A stretch of DNA of 64,000 nucleotides from an uncultured bacterium (lineage in GTDB: Bacteria; Krumholzibacteriota; Krumholzibacteriia; Krumholzibacteriales; Krumholzibacteriaceae): positions 96,001 to 160,000 of the forward strand of contig CAWBAN010000005.1 in assembly GCA_963786935.1 (NCBI GenBank). Reading direction: 5' to 3'. The notes beneath the pieces were generated by a model, which was not told the origin of the DNA, ran no database searches, and saw only the letters and a program-made list of their open reading frames with translations. Shown here piece after piece: positions 39,589-49,643 of the stretch (its first letter is position 1; each line of letters begins with the position of its first letter). Both the position numbers and the translations under genes were made by a program.

Positions 39589-40275
39589 TCAGGAGAGCAG
39601 CGTCGCGAAGAGCCCCGAGAGAACGATTCCGTCGAAGGTGCCCGCGCCGCCGATGCTGATGATCCCGGCGCCGCCGTGCACGATCCGGCGGAGGTTGAGG
39701 AGGTCCGCACCCACGAGCGGACCGAGCACCCCGGCCGTGAACGCGACCGGCGGCGCGAACTCCCGCATGAAGATGAAACCGCACGCCGCGGCCGCGAGCG
39801 CGGGCACGAGCGGCGGCAGCACGACGCCGACGTTCGGCACGGGGCGGGCGAGACGGAAGCAGAGCCCCGCGTTGACCGCGACGGCGCCCGCGGTGATCCA
39901 GAGCGCCGCAGGCCCACGCCCGGCGATCCTCGAGAGCTCATAGGCGACGAGCATGCACGGAATCACGCAGCCGCCCACGTTGACCGCGATGACGGTCGAC
40001 GAGGGCTGGCGAAACCACTGGGGGAAGATGCGCCCGGCGCCGTAGAGCCCGAGCGGCGCCGTATCGACCGACATGACGCGGGGGACTCTTTTCAGGGGAA
40101 TGTTGAAGAGCCCGCCGATGAACATCGCGATGACGACCGCGAGCGACGCCCCCGCGCTCAATCCGAGCTTGGCCAGCGCCGACGCCATCGCGTCGGCGAG
40201 AAAGATGGGGAAGAGGATCGCGAGCACCACGACCAGCAGAAGCGGCAGGCATCCGAACGGCGCGATTCGAAACAC
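39589..40275 (-). CDS. DUF1614-like membrane protein
   Basis: Hydrophobic; IAVNVGGCVIP, LVGADLLNL and SIGGAGTFDGIVLSG motifs. Confidence 0.8.
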   Translation of the reverse strand: MFRIAPFGCLPLLLVVVLAILFPIFLADAMASALAKLGLSAGASLAVVIAMFIGGLFNIPLKRVPRVMSVDTAPLGLYGAGRIFPQWFRQPSSTVIAVNVGGCVIPCMLVAYELSRIAGRGPAALWITAGAVAVNAGLCFRLARPVPNVGVVLPPLVPALAAAACGFIFMREFAPPVAFTAGVLGPLVGADLLNLRRIVHGGAGIISIGGAGTFDGIVLSGLFATLLS

Positions 40276-40292
40276 GTTGTGATCTCCCCGAT

Positions 40293-40332
40293 AAAAAGTT
40301 CGACGCCGCCCGGCTCGCCGCGCGGCGTCGAA
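40293..40332 (-). terminator. Intrinsic terminator downstream of dcp
   Basis: 11-bp stem TTCGACGCCGC/GCGGCGTCGAA followed by a T run on the minus strand. Confidence 0.6.
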
Positions 40333-40381
40333 TATCCGTGAAGCGCCCGATGAGACTCGATCGGTCCGTGCGCCCGCGCGA

Positions 40382-42481
40382 TCAGTCGAGCCCGCGGCGC
40401 TTCAGCAGCGGCTCGATCGCCGGGTCCTTACCCCTGAACTTCCGGTACAGCGCCATTTCATCCTCGATGCTGCCCGAGGCGAGGATGTACTTCCGGTAGG
40501 CGGCCGCCGTCTTCTGGTCGAAGAGGCTCGTCTCCTTGAACGCCTGGAACGCGTCGGCGTCGAGCACCTCGGCCCAGATGTAGCTGTAGTAGCCCGCCGC
40601 GTAGCCGCCGTCCCCGAAGATGTGAGCGAAGTAGGTGCTGCGGTAGCGCGAGATGATCTCCGGGATGAGGCCGATGCGGCCGAGCGAGGCCGTCTCGAAG
40701 GCGTTCGCGTCCGCCGCCGGCGGCGCGCTCAGCGTGTGCCAGTCCATGTCGAGAAGCGAGGCGGCGAGATACTCCGTTGTCGCGAATCCCTGATTGAACG
40801 TGCTCGATTTCCTGATCTTCTCGATGAGGGCGTCCGGGATCGGCTCTCCCGTCTTGTAGTGCCGCGCGTACATCTTCATGAACTCCGGATCGGTGGCCCA
40901 GTTCTCCATGATCTGCGACGGGAGCTCGACGAAATCGGTCGCCACGTTCTGCACCGTCGGATAGGAGACCTCCGTGAGAAGGCTGTGCAATCCGTGCCCG
41001 AACTCGTGGAACAGGGTCGTTACCTCGTCGAAGTTGAGGAGGGAGGGAGTGTCCCCCGCGGGGCGGACGAAGTTCCCGCAGTTCGTGACGAGGGGCGTCT
41101 CGATCTTCCCGCCGATGTCCGAAGCGTTGCGGAAGCCCCCGCACCAGGCGCCCCCCTGCTTGTTGTCGCGCGGGTAGTAGTCGGTGTAATAGAGCCCGAT
41201 ATGCTTCCCGTCAGCCTCTTTCACCTCGTACACGCGCACCTCGGGGTTGTACTTCGGGATGTCCGTCCGCTCCGTGAAGGTGATGCCGAAGAGCTTGTTG
41301 GCGAGCATGAAGGCGCCGGCGCGCACGTTCTCGAGCTCGAAGTACGGCCGGAGCATCTCGTCGTCGAGGTCGAACTGCGCCTTCCGCACCTTCTCGGCGT
41401 AGTACCACCAGTCCCACGACGCGAGCTTGAAGCCACCGCCTTCCGTGTCGATCATCTGCTGGAACAGGCCGGCTTCCGATTTGGCGCGCGCGCGAGCCGG
41501 CGTCCAGAGCTTGCCGAGGAAGTCGTACACGGCCGAGGGTTTTTTCGCCATCGATTCCTCGAGGGCGAAATCAGCGTGGGTTTTGTAGCCCAGAAGCTGC
41601 GCGCGCTTGATACGCAGATCCACGATGCGCAGGAGCGTCTTCTTGTTGTCGAGCTCGTCGTTGTGGTCGCCCCGCGTGATATAGGCCTTGTATATCTTTT
41701 CCCGGAGATCGCGGCGCTCGGAATATTGGAGGAAGGGGATCATGCTCGGCTTGCGGACCGTGAAGACCCACGTTCCTTCGTGTCCGAGCTGCCGCGCCGC
41801 CTCCGCGGCGGCGGTCACCACACCTTCGGGAAGCCCCGCGAGATCGGCCTTGCTCTCGATGACGAGCTCGAACTTGTTCGTCTCCGCGAGGAGATTCTCC
41901 TCGAACTGGAGCCCGAGGACGGAGAGCTCCTTGTTGATCTCTCCGAGCTTCGCCTTGTCCCCGTCGCTCAGGTTCGCGCCGTTGCGGACGAATTGGCGAT
42001 ACGTCTTCTCGAGGAGCCGCTTCTGCTCCTGATTCAACGAGAGCTTGTCCCGCCCGTCGTAGACCGCCTTGATGCGGGCGAAGAGCTTCGCGTCGAAAAG
42101 GATCTCGTCGTAGTGAGCCGACTGGACCGGCGCGATTTCCTGCGCGATCCGCTGCAGCTCGTCGCTCGTGTTCGCCGAGCTCATGCTCCGAAAGATGTTA
42201 TCGACGCGCGTGAGCGTCTCGCCGCTCGCCTCGAGCGCCTCGATCGTGTTCGCGAAGGTGGGCGCCGCGGGATTCGAGGCGATCGCCGCGATCTCCACGC
42301 GGTGCAGCCGCATCGCTTCCAGGTACGCCGGCTGGTAGTGCTCGACGAGGATCTTGTCGAACGGCGGAGCGCCGAATGGGGCGGTAAACTTCCCGAGAAG
42401 GGGATTGTCCGCCGCTGCGGCGAACGAGCAGAGCATCGCCGAGACGGCGAGAGCGAGCAGGAACAGGAACGCTTTTCTCAT
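40382..42481 (-). CDS. dcp: M3-family metallopeptidase (peptidyl-dipeptidase Dcp-like), secreted
   Basis: NPLL...PPFDKI, KQGGAW, FHEFGHGLH, DFVELPSQIMENW, GYAAGYYSYIWAEVLDADAF. Confidence 0.92.
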   Translation of the reverse strand: MRKAFLFLLALAVSAMLCSFAAAADNPLLGKFTAPFGAPPFDKILVEHYQPAYLEAMRLHRVEIAAIASNPAAPTFANTIEALEASGETLTRVDNIFRSMSSANTSDELQRIAQEIAPVQSAHYDEILFDAKLFARIKAVYDGRDKLSLNQEQKRLLEKTYRQFVRNGANLSDGDKAKLGEINKELSVLGLQFEENLLAETNKFELVIESKADLAGLPEGVVTAAAEAARQLGHEGTWVFTVRKPSMIPFLQYSERRDLREKIYKAYITRGDHNDELDNKKTLLRIVDLRIKRAQLLGYKTHADFALEESMAKKPSAVYDFLGKLWTPARARAKSEAGLFQQMIDTEGGGFKLASWDWWYYAEKVRKAQFDLDDEMLRPYFELENVRAGAFMLANKLFGITFTERTDIPKYNPEVRVYEVKEADGKHIGLYYTDYYPRDNKQGGAWCGGFRNASDIGGKIETPLVTNCGNFVRPAGDTPSLLNFDEVTTLFHEFGHGLHSLLTEVSYPTVQNVATDFVELPSQIMENWATDPEFMKMYARHYKTGEPIPDALIEKIRKSSTFNQGFATTEYLAASLLDMDWHTLSAPPAADANAFETASLGRIGLIPEIISRYRSTYFAHIFGDGGYAAGYYSYIWAEVLDADAFQAFKETSLFDQKTAAAYRKYILASGSIEDEMALYRKFRGKDPAIEPLLKRRGLD

Positions 42482-42559
42482 GGTTTCGGATCCTCCTGCG
42501 GTTTGAGCGTGTCGCGCATGAAGACGACTTCGGGGGAGCTTACCAGCCCGATAGGTGAT

Positions 42560-43552
42560 TTACAACCCGATAATGGAAAGGTTCCGGGGGGCCTTCCAGG
42601 CGAGGCCGGAGAAGTACTTCGCCATGAAGATCTCCCGCGCGAGCTGGAGCCCCGGCTCGACGGCGGGCTTCTCCGGAACGAACACGCCGACCGCGCCCGG
42701 GAGCACCTCGATCTCGATCGGCGTGGTGCCGATGACGTCGCCGTCGGCCTGCACGGGGAGCGGCACCGCGCTCCTCACCGAGATGCTCTTCTCGGCCTTG
42801 ATGAAATGCGCGCGGGGATGCCCCGGCCGGCGGGCGAAAATTCTGAAGAGGTATCGCGGATAATCGAGCAGGGTCTTCGTATCGAGGATCCACACGTCGA
42901 GGTGCCCGTCGTCGACGTGGATGTCGGGTCCCTCGGGAAACAGCATCTTGGCGAGGATGCCGCAGTTGGCGATCGCGACCTCGACGGCATGGTGCTTCCG
43001 GGAGACGCCGTCGACGGCGACTTCGAGGTGCCTCGCCCTGAATTCGAACACCTTGAGAACGGCCGCGCCCAGATACGCCGTGGGCCCGAAGAGGCGCTTG
43101 TTTCTCCGCGTCGTGCCGCCGACGACCGAGGCGCTGATGCCGATCCCGGCCACGAGCACGTACACGCGTGGGCCGATCCGCATCGCGTCGATCTTCCGCA
43201 GGCGTGTCCGGGCCGCGATCAGGGCGGCCGCCTCGGCGGGGGCGAGGGGAATGTTGAGCTCGCGCGCCACGAGGTTTGTGGTGCCCGTCGGCACGATGCC
43301 GAGCGGAACCCCGCTCCCCGCGAGGCCGTCGACGACGGCCGACACCGTGCCGTCCCCGCCGACGGCGATGACCGTCTCGAATCCTTCCCGCAGACGCTCG
43401 CGGACGATTGTTCCGAAGGGCTCCCCGCGGCGCGGCTCGTGGACGGTGTATTGAAAACCGGCCGGGGGAAGGTACTGCGCGAGCGCCCGGAGGGCGGATT
43501 CGCGGACGCCGGGCGGCGCGGACGGATTCAGTATGACGAGCGCCTTCGTCAC
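42560..43552 (-). CDS. Diacylglycerol/lipid kinase family protein (YegS/DgkB-like)
   Basis: ILNP, AVGGDGTV, IVPTGTTN, DDGHLDV, QADGD; GTG start at 43552. Confidence 0.9.
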   Translation of the reverse strand: MTKALVILNPSAPPGVRESALRALAQYLPPAGFQYTVHEPRRGEPFGTIVRERLREGFETVIAVGGDGTVSAVVDGLAGSGVPLGIVPTGTTNLVARELNIPLAPAEAAALIAARTRLRKIDAMRIGPRVYVLVAGIGISASVVGGTTRRNKRLFGPTAYLGAAVLKVFEFRARHLEVAVDGVSRKHHAVEVAIANCGILAKMLFPEGPDIHVDDGHLDVWILDTKTLLDYPRYLFRIFARRPGHPRAHFIKAEKSISVRSAVPLPVQADGDVIGTTPIEIEVLPGAVGVFVPEKPAVEPGLQLAREIFMAKYFSGLAWKAPRNLSIIGL

Positions 43553-43557
43553 GGCCG

Positions 43558-44541
43558 TCAGTCCATGCCGACGAGGGCTTTGATGTACTGCAGGCGCTCG
43601 TACATCTCCGGGTGGTCGCTCTTCGCCTGGCTGAGCTTTCCGCGCATCTGATCGATCGACTTGAAGCCGTGCCTGTCCATCAGCCGCTCGAGATCGTCGC
43701 GGATCGCGGTGAGCCGTTCGATCCCGTTCTGATACAGGGTCGAGCAGAGCTGGACGGTCGTCGCGCCCACGAGGATGAGCTTGGCCGCGCCGGCCGCGTC
43801 GTGAACGCCCGTCGACGCGGAGAAGTCGCATTTGACCTTCCCCGAGAGGAGCGAGATCCAGCGGAGCGGGAGCGAGATTTCCTGCGGCGAGCTGAGGCGG
43901 TACGCCGGCGCGAGCGCCATTTTCTCGATGTCGATGTCGAACTGGTAGAAGCGGTTGAAGAGAACGAGCGCCTTGGCCCCCCGCATCCAGAGATCGGAGG
44001 CCATCCGCGGAACCGACGTGAAATACGGGCCGATCTTGACGGCGACGGGAATCGACGTGAGCCGCGCCACGCTCTCGACGGTGTCAGTGTAGATCTTCTC
44101 GACGTGGCCGGTGTCCCGCCGCGGATCGCTCAGCATCACGGATATGTTGAGCTCGATCGCGTCCGCGCCCGCATCGGCGATCTGCCGCACGTAGTTCGTC
44201 CACAGCCCCGTCGAGACGCAGTGGAGGCTGGCGATCACCGGAATCGACACGGCCTGTTTCGACTCCTTGATGAGCTTCAGGTAGCTCTGCGGGCCGAGCT
44301 CGAGCCCCATCCGCTGGACGTAGTCGAGCGCCTCGGGATGCCAGGCGAATTTCGCTTCGCTCGCGTCTCCGGCGAGGTCGGCGAGGATCTGCTCCTCGAA
44401 GAGCGATTTGAGCACGACGGCGCCGGCGCCCGCATCGGCGCAGCGGCGGACGCCCGCGACGGTTTTCGTGAGGCTGGAGCTCGCGACGAGCAGCGGGTTG
44501 CGCAGCGCGAGCCCCATATAGGTGGTGGAGAGATCGGCCAT
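43558..44541 (-). CDS. Dihydroorotate dehydrogenase-like flavoprotein
   Basis: YMGLALRNPL, GAVVLKSLFEEQI, AIELNI, PVAVKI, VLFNRFYQFDID; lacks the SCPN catalytic loop. Confidence 0.85.
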   Translation of the reverse strand: MADLSTTYMGLALRNPLLVASSSLTKTVAGVRRCADAGAGAVVLKSLFEEQILADLAGDASEAKFAWHPEALDYVQRMGLELGPQSYLKLIKESKQAVSIPVIASLHCVSTGLWTNYVRQIADAGADAIELNISVMLSDPRRDTGHVEKIYTDTVESVARLTSIPVAVKIGPYFTSVPRMASDLWMRGAKALVLFNRFYQFDIDIEKMALAPAYRLSSPQEISLPLRWISLLSGKVKCDFSASTGVHDAAGAAKLILVGATTVQLCSTLYQNGIERLTAIRDDLERLMDRHGFKSIDQMRGKLSQAKSDHPEMYERLQYIKALVGMD

Positions 44542-44647
44542 ACGGTTCCTCGCAGGTTTGTGCGTTTTCGCTGACGCGGCCCCGGCCGGGCCGCCGGTTC
44601 GATCCGGCGGATACTATATCACGCTTCGGGGCGAAACGCCACGCCCG

Positions 44648-44675
44648 AAAAAAGGGGGGCGCGGGCCGCCCCCCT
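44648..44675 (-). terminator. Intrinsic terminator after the PadR operon
   Basis: GGGGGGC/GCCCCCC stem followed by T6 on the minus strand. Confidence 0.7.
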
Positions 44676-44710
44676 CTCCGTTGCTTTCCGGCCGTGCGCG
44701 CCGCGAAACG

Positions 44711-45604
44711 CTAGTCCCCCTTCACGAGCATCCTCTTCGCGTAGCGGGCATGGAGCCGTCCGAGCCCGCGCGCCGCGTGCAGCGTGACGATCGTCAGGAA
44801 GAATCCTCCCATGACGACGAGCGGCATGGACCAGCCGGGCAGATAGTATGCATGATGCTCCATCTGGACGATGGGGAATCCGAATACGTAATGAAGAATC
44901 GGCATCGCGATGAGCGAGAGCGACACGGAGATGAGCGTGATCATGATCGTGAAGTACACGATCCCGAGGGGGAGCTGCAGGATCATGTAGAGAATCGCCG
45001 ACCAGGTCGTGCGATCGCCGAAGAGCGCCTTGAAGCCGCCCCACCATCCGAGATCCTTCCTGAAAAAGGCTCCGCGCCGCGGCATCCGCTCGCCGAGCAC
45101 TCCCTCGATGATTCGCCCCTCGAGGAGCGCGATTCCCCGCGCCGACAGGAGGAACACCGCGAAGAACGGGAGCCCGATGATGAGGACGATGAGGCCGACC
45201 GAGAGGGAGAGCCCCGTGGTCGCCCACGTGAAATAGAAAATGCCCGTGGCGAGCGAGAGGAGCATGTAGAGGAGAGATCCGTAGGTCCGGACGTCTCCGA
45301 TCACGCCGAAGAACCCTGTGCCGCGCGATTTCATGATGGGGGGGCCGGGAATCGCCACCGTGGTCGGTGTCATGTTCTCCATCTCCTTGTAAGCGGCCGC
45401 CACTTCCGCCGGCGCGCCGTAGGTTTTGATGATCGATTCGAGCGCGGCGTCGGCGGCGATGCCGGGCTCCTTCTCGAGCGCCTGCTCGAGTGCGGTCGTG
45501 AGGTGCTCTTCCGCGTCGGACAGGGCGTCCTGGATCGTCGCGCGGTCCGCTCCCGCGAGCGCCGTCTTGAGCTTCGCCAGGTAATCGTCTATCGCTTTAT
45601 TCAT
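44711..45604 (-). CDS. PadR-associated membrane protein (HAAS/DUF1700-like N-terminus and putative sensor TM domain)
   Basis: IDDYLAKLKTAL...DAEEHL...YGAPAEVA followed by several TM helices; overlaps the PadR stop. Confidence 0.8.
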   Translation of the reverse strand: MNKAIDDYLAKLKTALAGADRATIQDALSDAEEHLTTALEQALEKEPGIAADAALESIIKTYGAPAEVAAAYKEMENMTPTTVAIPGPPIMKSRGTGFFGVIGDVRTYGSLLYMLLSLATGIFYFTWATTGLSLSVGLIVLIIGLPFFAVFLLSARGIALLEGRIIEGVLGERMPRRGAFFRKDLGWWGGFKALFGDRTTWSAILYMILQLPLGIVYFTIMITLISVSLSLIAMPILHYVFGFPIVQMEHHAYYLPGWSMPLVVMGGFFLTIVTLHAARGLGRLHARYAKRMLVKGD

Positions 45605-45965
45605 GGTACGTTCCTTTCAGGACCGAGTCGACGAAGGCCTTGTTATCGTTCCAGATCGCCGTCCAGCGATCGAGGGCCGCGCGCCCTTCCTCCGTGATGC
45701 GGTAGTAGCGGCGCGGCGGGCCCGTCACCGAAGGCTCGACGGTGCTCGCGAGAAGTCCCGTTTTCTCGAGCGACCGCAGCACGGGGTAGAGGGCCCCCTG
45801 CTTCATCATCGGCACCTCCTCGTTCCCCGCGTCGATGAGCTTCGCGATCTGATAGCCGTAGATCGGCTCGGTCGAGCGGTCGACGACGCTGAGGAGAACG
45901 AGCGCCGCGGTGCCGGCGTTCAGCTCCTTCTGGAACTTCCTGTCTTCCGAGGGAATCGCATTCAA
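45597..45965 (-). CDS. PadR-family transcriptional regulator
   Basis: YGYQI, GALYPVLRSLE, GPPRRYYRITEEG. Confidence 0.92.
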   Translation of the reverse strand: MNAIPSEDRKFQKELNAGTAALVLLSVVDRSTEPIYGYQIAKLIDAGNEEVPMMKQGALYPVLRSLEKTGLLASTVEPSVTGPPRRYYRITEEGRAALDRWTAIWNDNKAFVDSVLKGTYHE

Positions 45966-46339
45966 TCTTCAATCCCCGCCTTTCGGCGCCGGCTCCGTCC
46001 GCGCGCCCCGCCGGTCACTATATTTATAACGCAGCATTATTAATCTCACACTAGTGATATTCTAATAGTAGTACGCTTGGAAGTCAAGAATGTTCCTGAA
46101 ATAATCTCAGGATCCGGCGCCGAAGCCCTCGCCGCCGGCCATAACATTAGTTTTTGCATTAAAAATTAAATATGATCGAATAAATGGAACCTTTCACCCG
46201 CGTCAATACTATACAGAGTATAGTTTTGATGGCAGCACGAAAGCTCCGGACACAGGTTGACGCACAACCTTTCGAAAGATGGGGCGGCTTTGGGGGCCGC
46301 CCCTTCCATTTATTTTGCCTGAAACATTTCAGAATCCTC

Positions 46340-46403
46340 TTGCGTACCGTGCTGTGTGAATGTATGTTCCGAACTTGAATTCTGAATTCTGAATTCTGAT
46401 TCA
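46340..46403 (+). promoter_or_regulatory. Putative promoter plus (TGAATTC)3 TGATTCA operator-like repeat upstream of the TetR/efflux operon
   Basis: TTGCGT-17 bp-TATGTT, then tandem heptamers at 46376-46403 that are near-palindromic overall. Confidence 0.5.
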
Positions 46404-46419
46404 ACTATTGATAGTAATT

Positions 46420-47058
46420 ATGGAATACACGCCAGAGCAAGGAATTACGCGAAGGGAACGCGAAAGGCTGCGTTGCAGGGGGCAGATCATAGCCGCGGCA
46501 TCGAAGCTCTTCGCGCAGGCGGGAATCGCCAATACCAGCATGAAGCAGATCGCCGGCGAAGCCGATGTATCGGTCGGCAAGCTCTACGCCTGCTTTCGGG
46601 GCAAGGATGAGATCATCCACGAGTTGCTCCACCATGCCATGGACTCTCTGCAGCGCGAGGGGGATGAGGCGTGCAGGGGAACGGACGATCCTCTCGATCA
46701 GCTCCGCCGCAGGCTCCGGGCGGCCATCGATCATTTCAAAGCCCATCTCGATTTTCTCATGATCTATCACAACGAGAGCCAGACGAGCTGCGAGGGAATG
46801 ATCCGGGAGCATATCGATGAGAACATCGAAACAATCGCGGAGCTTCTTGCGCAGGCGATTGACAATGGTGATATTCCGCCGGAAGACCCGCGCGCGCTCG
46901 CGGCGATCCTCGTCGGATCGGTGCACGAGCTCATGCATACCTTCGCGGAGCGAGGGGGCAAGGACGCACTCGATCGTATTCCGGCGATCATCGACCGGAT
47001 CATCATCAAGCCGCTCGAAACGAGACGGGAAAAGGATTCCGGAATGGAGGGACGCTGA
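46420..47058 (+). CDS. TetR/AcrR-family regulator
   Basis: IIAAASKLFAQAG...TSMKQIAGEADVSVGKLYACFRGKDEI HTH. Confidence 0.92.
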   Translation: MEYTPEQGITRRERERLRCRGQIIAAASKLFAQAGIANTSMKQIAGEADVSVGKLYACFRGKDEIIHELLHHAMDSLQREGDEACRGTDDPLDQLRRRLRAAIDHFKAHLDFLMIYHNESQTSCEGMIREHIDENIETIAELLAQAIDNGDIPPEDPRALAAILVGSVHELMHTFAERGGKDALDRIPAIIDRIIIKPLETRREKDSGMEGR

Positions 47059-48461
47059 TGCGAGCGTTTCTGACTGAGCCCCGCATATCGATTCGCAGGG
47101 CGAGCCTCTGGCCGCTCTGCATGCTTCTCATCGCCTGTGCGCTGCCTCGCCCGGTGGGCGCCGAGACGCAGTCTCTCAACCTGGATCGCGCGATCGAGCT
47201 CGGCCTCAAGAACGACGAGACGCTCCGGCAAGCGGGGCTCGCCGTGGAGGGCGCCGAGGGGCTCGTCCTGCAGGCGAAATCGAACGCATTCCCCCATTTC
47301 TCGCTCGCGGGGCAGTACGGGTACAACATCCTGCGGCCGTCGTTCTTTCTCCCGGCGGTGTTCTTCGGGGAGGAAGGGAGCGGCTCGGTGGCGGTCGAGA
47401 TCGGCGAGGACAACGATTTCACCGGCGCCGCGACCGTGACGCAGGTGCTCTGGGCGGCGGGACGCATTTCGGCGGGGCTCGAAGCGGCGAAGGAGTATCT
47501 CGAATCGTACCGCTATCGCGAGATGGCGACGTCCGATTACGTTCGATTCAGCGTGAAAGAGGCGTACTACGGCGCGATTCTCGCGGCGGAGATCCTCGGG
47601 ATCGAGGAAAAGGCGTCCGAGGCCGCCGAGGAAGCAGCGCGCATCGCCCGCGCGGGGAACGCGCAGGGGGTCGTGAGCAGGTTCGATCTGCTGCGCGCGG
47701 AAGTGGAGCTCGCGAACAGGAAGGCGCCGCTCGTCAAGGCGCGGAACGACTACGAGCAGGCGGTCATCGTCCTCAAGCGCCGGTGCGGCATCGCGGCGGC
47801 GGACGAGGTCGGCCTCACCGATTCGCTCACGGCGGCGTCGCACCCGGCCGGGCTCGATACGGTCATCGCGGCGATGCGCGGGGGGAGCGCCGAGATCAAG
47901 GCGCTCGAGCACGCGGTCGGCGCCCAGCAGCAGTTCCTCCGGATCGCGAAAGCGGAGCGGTATCCGATCATGCAGCTCACCGGTGCGTACGCCGTGCAGA
48001 CCCAGTGGTCCAATGACTGGCTGCCGCCGAGCGAGCTCATCGCGAAGAGCGCGGCGGTCACGATCGGTATCCAGATCCCGATTTTCGACGGTTTCAACGC
48101 CAAAGGAAAGATAGAAACGGCCAGGGCCGGTCTTCGTACGGCCGAGGTCGAGCTCGATCGCGTCGGGCGCGACAAGGAGCTCGCCGTCCGTCAGTCGTAC
48201 CGGTACATCGAGAACGCCCTCACCGCGCTCGAGGGGCGGGAGGAATCGGTGAAGCTCGCCGAGGAGGCGCACCGCATCGCGCTCGTGCGGCTCGAGAACG
48301 GGCTCGCGATGCCGATCGAGCGGCTCGACGCGGAGCTCGCCATGACGACGTCGCGGGCGCAGCTCGCCGAGTCGCTGTACGCGTCGCGGATGGCGCAGGC
48401 GTACCTCGAGCTCGCCGTGGGGAGCAGGAGTTTCGGCGCCGTTTCCGGCGCGCAGCAGTAG
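47058..48461 (+). CDS. TolC-family outer-membrane efflux protein
   Basis: LNLDRAIELGL, VKEAYY, GVVSRFDLLRAEV, IQIPIFDG; sits in an operon with MFP and RND genes. Confidence 0.92.
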   Translation: MRAFLTEPRISIRRASLWPLCMLLIACALPRPVGAETQSLNLDRAIELGLKNDETLRQAGLAVEGAEGLVLQAKSNAFPHFSLAGQYGYNILRPSFFLPAVFFGEEGSGSVAVEIGEDNDFTGAATVTQVLWAAGRISAGLEAAKEYLESYRYREMATSDYVRFSVKEAYYGAILAAEILGIEEKASEAAEEAARIARAGNAQGVVSRFDLLRAEVELANRKAPLVKARNDYEQAVIVLKRRCGIAAADEVGLTDSLTAASHPAGLDTVIAAMRGGSAEIKALEHAVGAQQQFLRIAKAERYPIMQLTGAYAVQTQWSNDWLPPSELIAKSAAVTIGIQIPIFDGFNAKGKIETARAGLRTAEVELDRVGRDKELAVRQSYRYIENALTALEGREESVKLAEEAHRIALVRLENGLAMPIERLDAELAMTTSRAQLAESLYASRMAQAYLELAVGSRSFGAVSGAQQ

Positions 48462-48524
48462 ACGCACGGGAATATTGGAAAAAGGCGGGTATCCGCCCGC
48501 CGGCACGCGGGAGAAGGAGCAGCT

Positions 48525-49643
48525 ATGAGCAATCCGGGAGCACGCAAGACGCGTCGCGGCCGCACGATTCTCTGGATCGCCGTCGCCGTCGTCGTCGCCC
48601 TGTTCGCGTTCCGCTTCTGGCGGATCAGCTCGAGGGAGAGCTTCGCCAGCATCGGCTCGATCCAGGAATCGGAGGGCAAGCCGGTCGAGGTGACGAAGGC
48701 CTCGCGGGGCGATCTCGAGGTGTGGACGAGCCTCGCGGGAACGGTCGAGGGCTCGTTCCAGTACGCGGTGATCTCGACGAACTCGATCCCGGTTCTGCGC
48801 GTCGCCAAAAAGGAGGGGGACCGGGTGAAAGCGGGCGAGACGCTCATCCGTCTCGAGACGACCTCTCCGAGCGCCATGCTCCTCTCGTACCCGCGTTCCC
48901 TCGCCCTGTATCAGGACGCCCAGGCGGATCTCGAGCGGATGCGCGCGCTCTATAAAGAGGGGGCCGTTTCGAAGCAGGCGCTCGAAAAGGCCGAGCTCGC
49001 TCTCGAGGTCGCGAAGGCGGGCCTCGAGGACGCGCGCGGAAGCACGGCCCTCGCCGCGATGCATACGGGCGTCGTCACGAGCGTGCTCGTGAAGGAGGGG
49101 GAGATGGCGAACGCGTACGCTCCCCTCATGTGGATCGCGCGGACCGACTCGGTCCGGGCGACCTTCGACGCGGGGGCGAGCCAGGCGGCGTCGCTGAAGC
49201 CGGGGCAGCGGGCGGTCTGGAGCTCGGATTCGAACGGGGATTCGGGGACCGGCGTCGTGAGCGTCGTCGATCTCTCGGCCGATCCGGAGACCCATCTCGT
49301 GAAGGGGGAGGTGCTCTTTCCCAATCGGGAAGGACTCCTCATGCCGGGAGCGGTCGTAACGTTCAAGGTGCTCTCGGGCGAGCGGCGCGGCGTCGTCAAG
49401 ATTCCGACCGACTGCCTCGTCGAGCGCGGCGGCGCGCCGATGATCTTCACGATCGAGGACGCGGGCGGGGATTCGCTCGTCGCGAGAAGCCGCGCCGTGC
49501 GTATGGGGCTCAGAACCCCCGATGAGGTCGAGATCGTGTCCGGGCTCGAGGACGGAGCGCGCGTCGTGCGGTTCGGGCAGTCGCTTCTCGAGGACGGCGA
49601 TCGCGTGAAGATCGTCCGCGGCGGGGAGGCTGCGGCGCGATGA
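48525..49643 (+). CDS. RND efflux MFP subunit
   Basis: TM anchor, KEGDRVKAGE, coiled coil, LMPG, VEIVSGLEDG. Confidence 0.9.
   Translation: MSNPGARKTRRGRTILWIAVAVVVALFAFRFWRISSRESFASIGSIQESEGKPVEVTKASRGDLEVWTSLAGTVEGSFQYAVISTNSIPVLRVAKKEGDRVKAGETLIRLETTSPSAMLLSYPRSLALYQDAQADLERMRALYKEGAVSKQALEKAELALEVAKAGLEDARGSTALAAMHTGVVTSVLVKEGEMANAYAPLMWIARTDSVRATFDAGASQAASLKPGQRAVWSSDSNGDSGTGVVSVVDLSADPETHLVKGEVLFPNREGLLMPGAVVTFKVLSGERRGVVKIPTDCLVERGGAPMIFTIEDAGGDSLVARSRAVRMGLRTPDEVEIVSGLEDGARVVRFGQSLLEDGDRVKIVRGGEAAAR

Noticed and set aside
43558..44541. Calling this gene pyrD
   Set aside because: It lacks the catalytic SCPN loop and fits the DHODH-like family of uncertain function better.
46230..46245. 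Third sigma-54 box (TGGCAGCACGAAAGCT)
   Set aside because: GG-N10-GC spacing is present but the -12 element is poor and no matching enhancer palindrome lies upstream.
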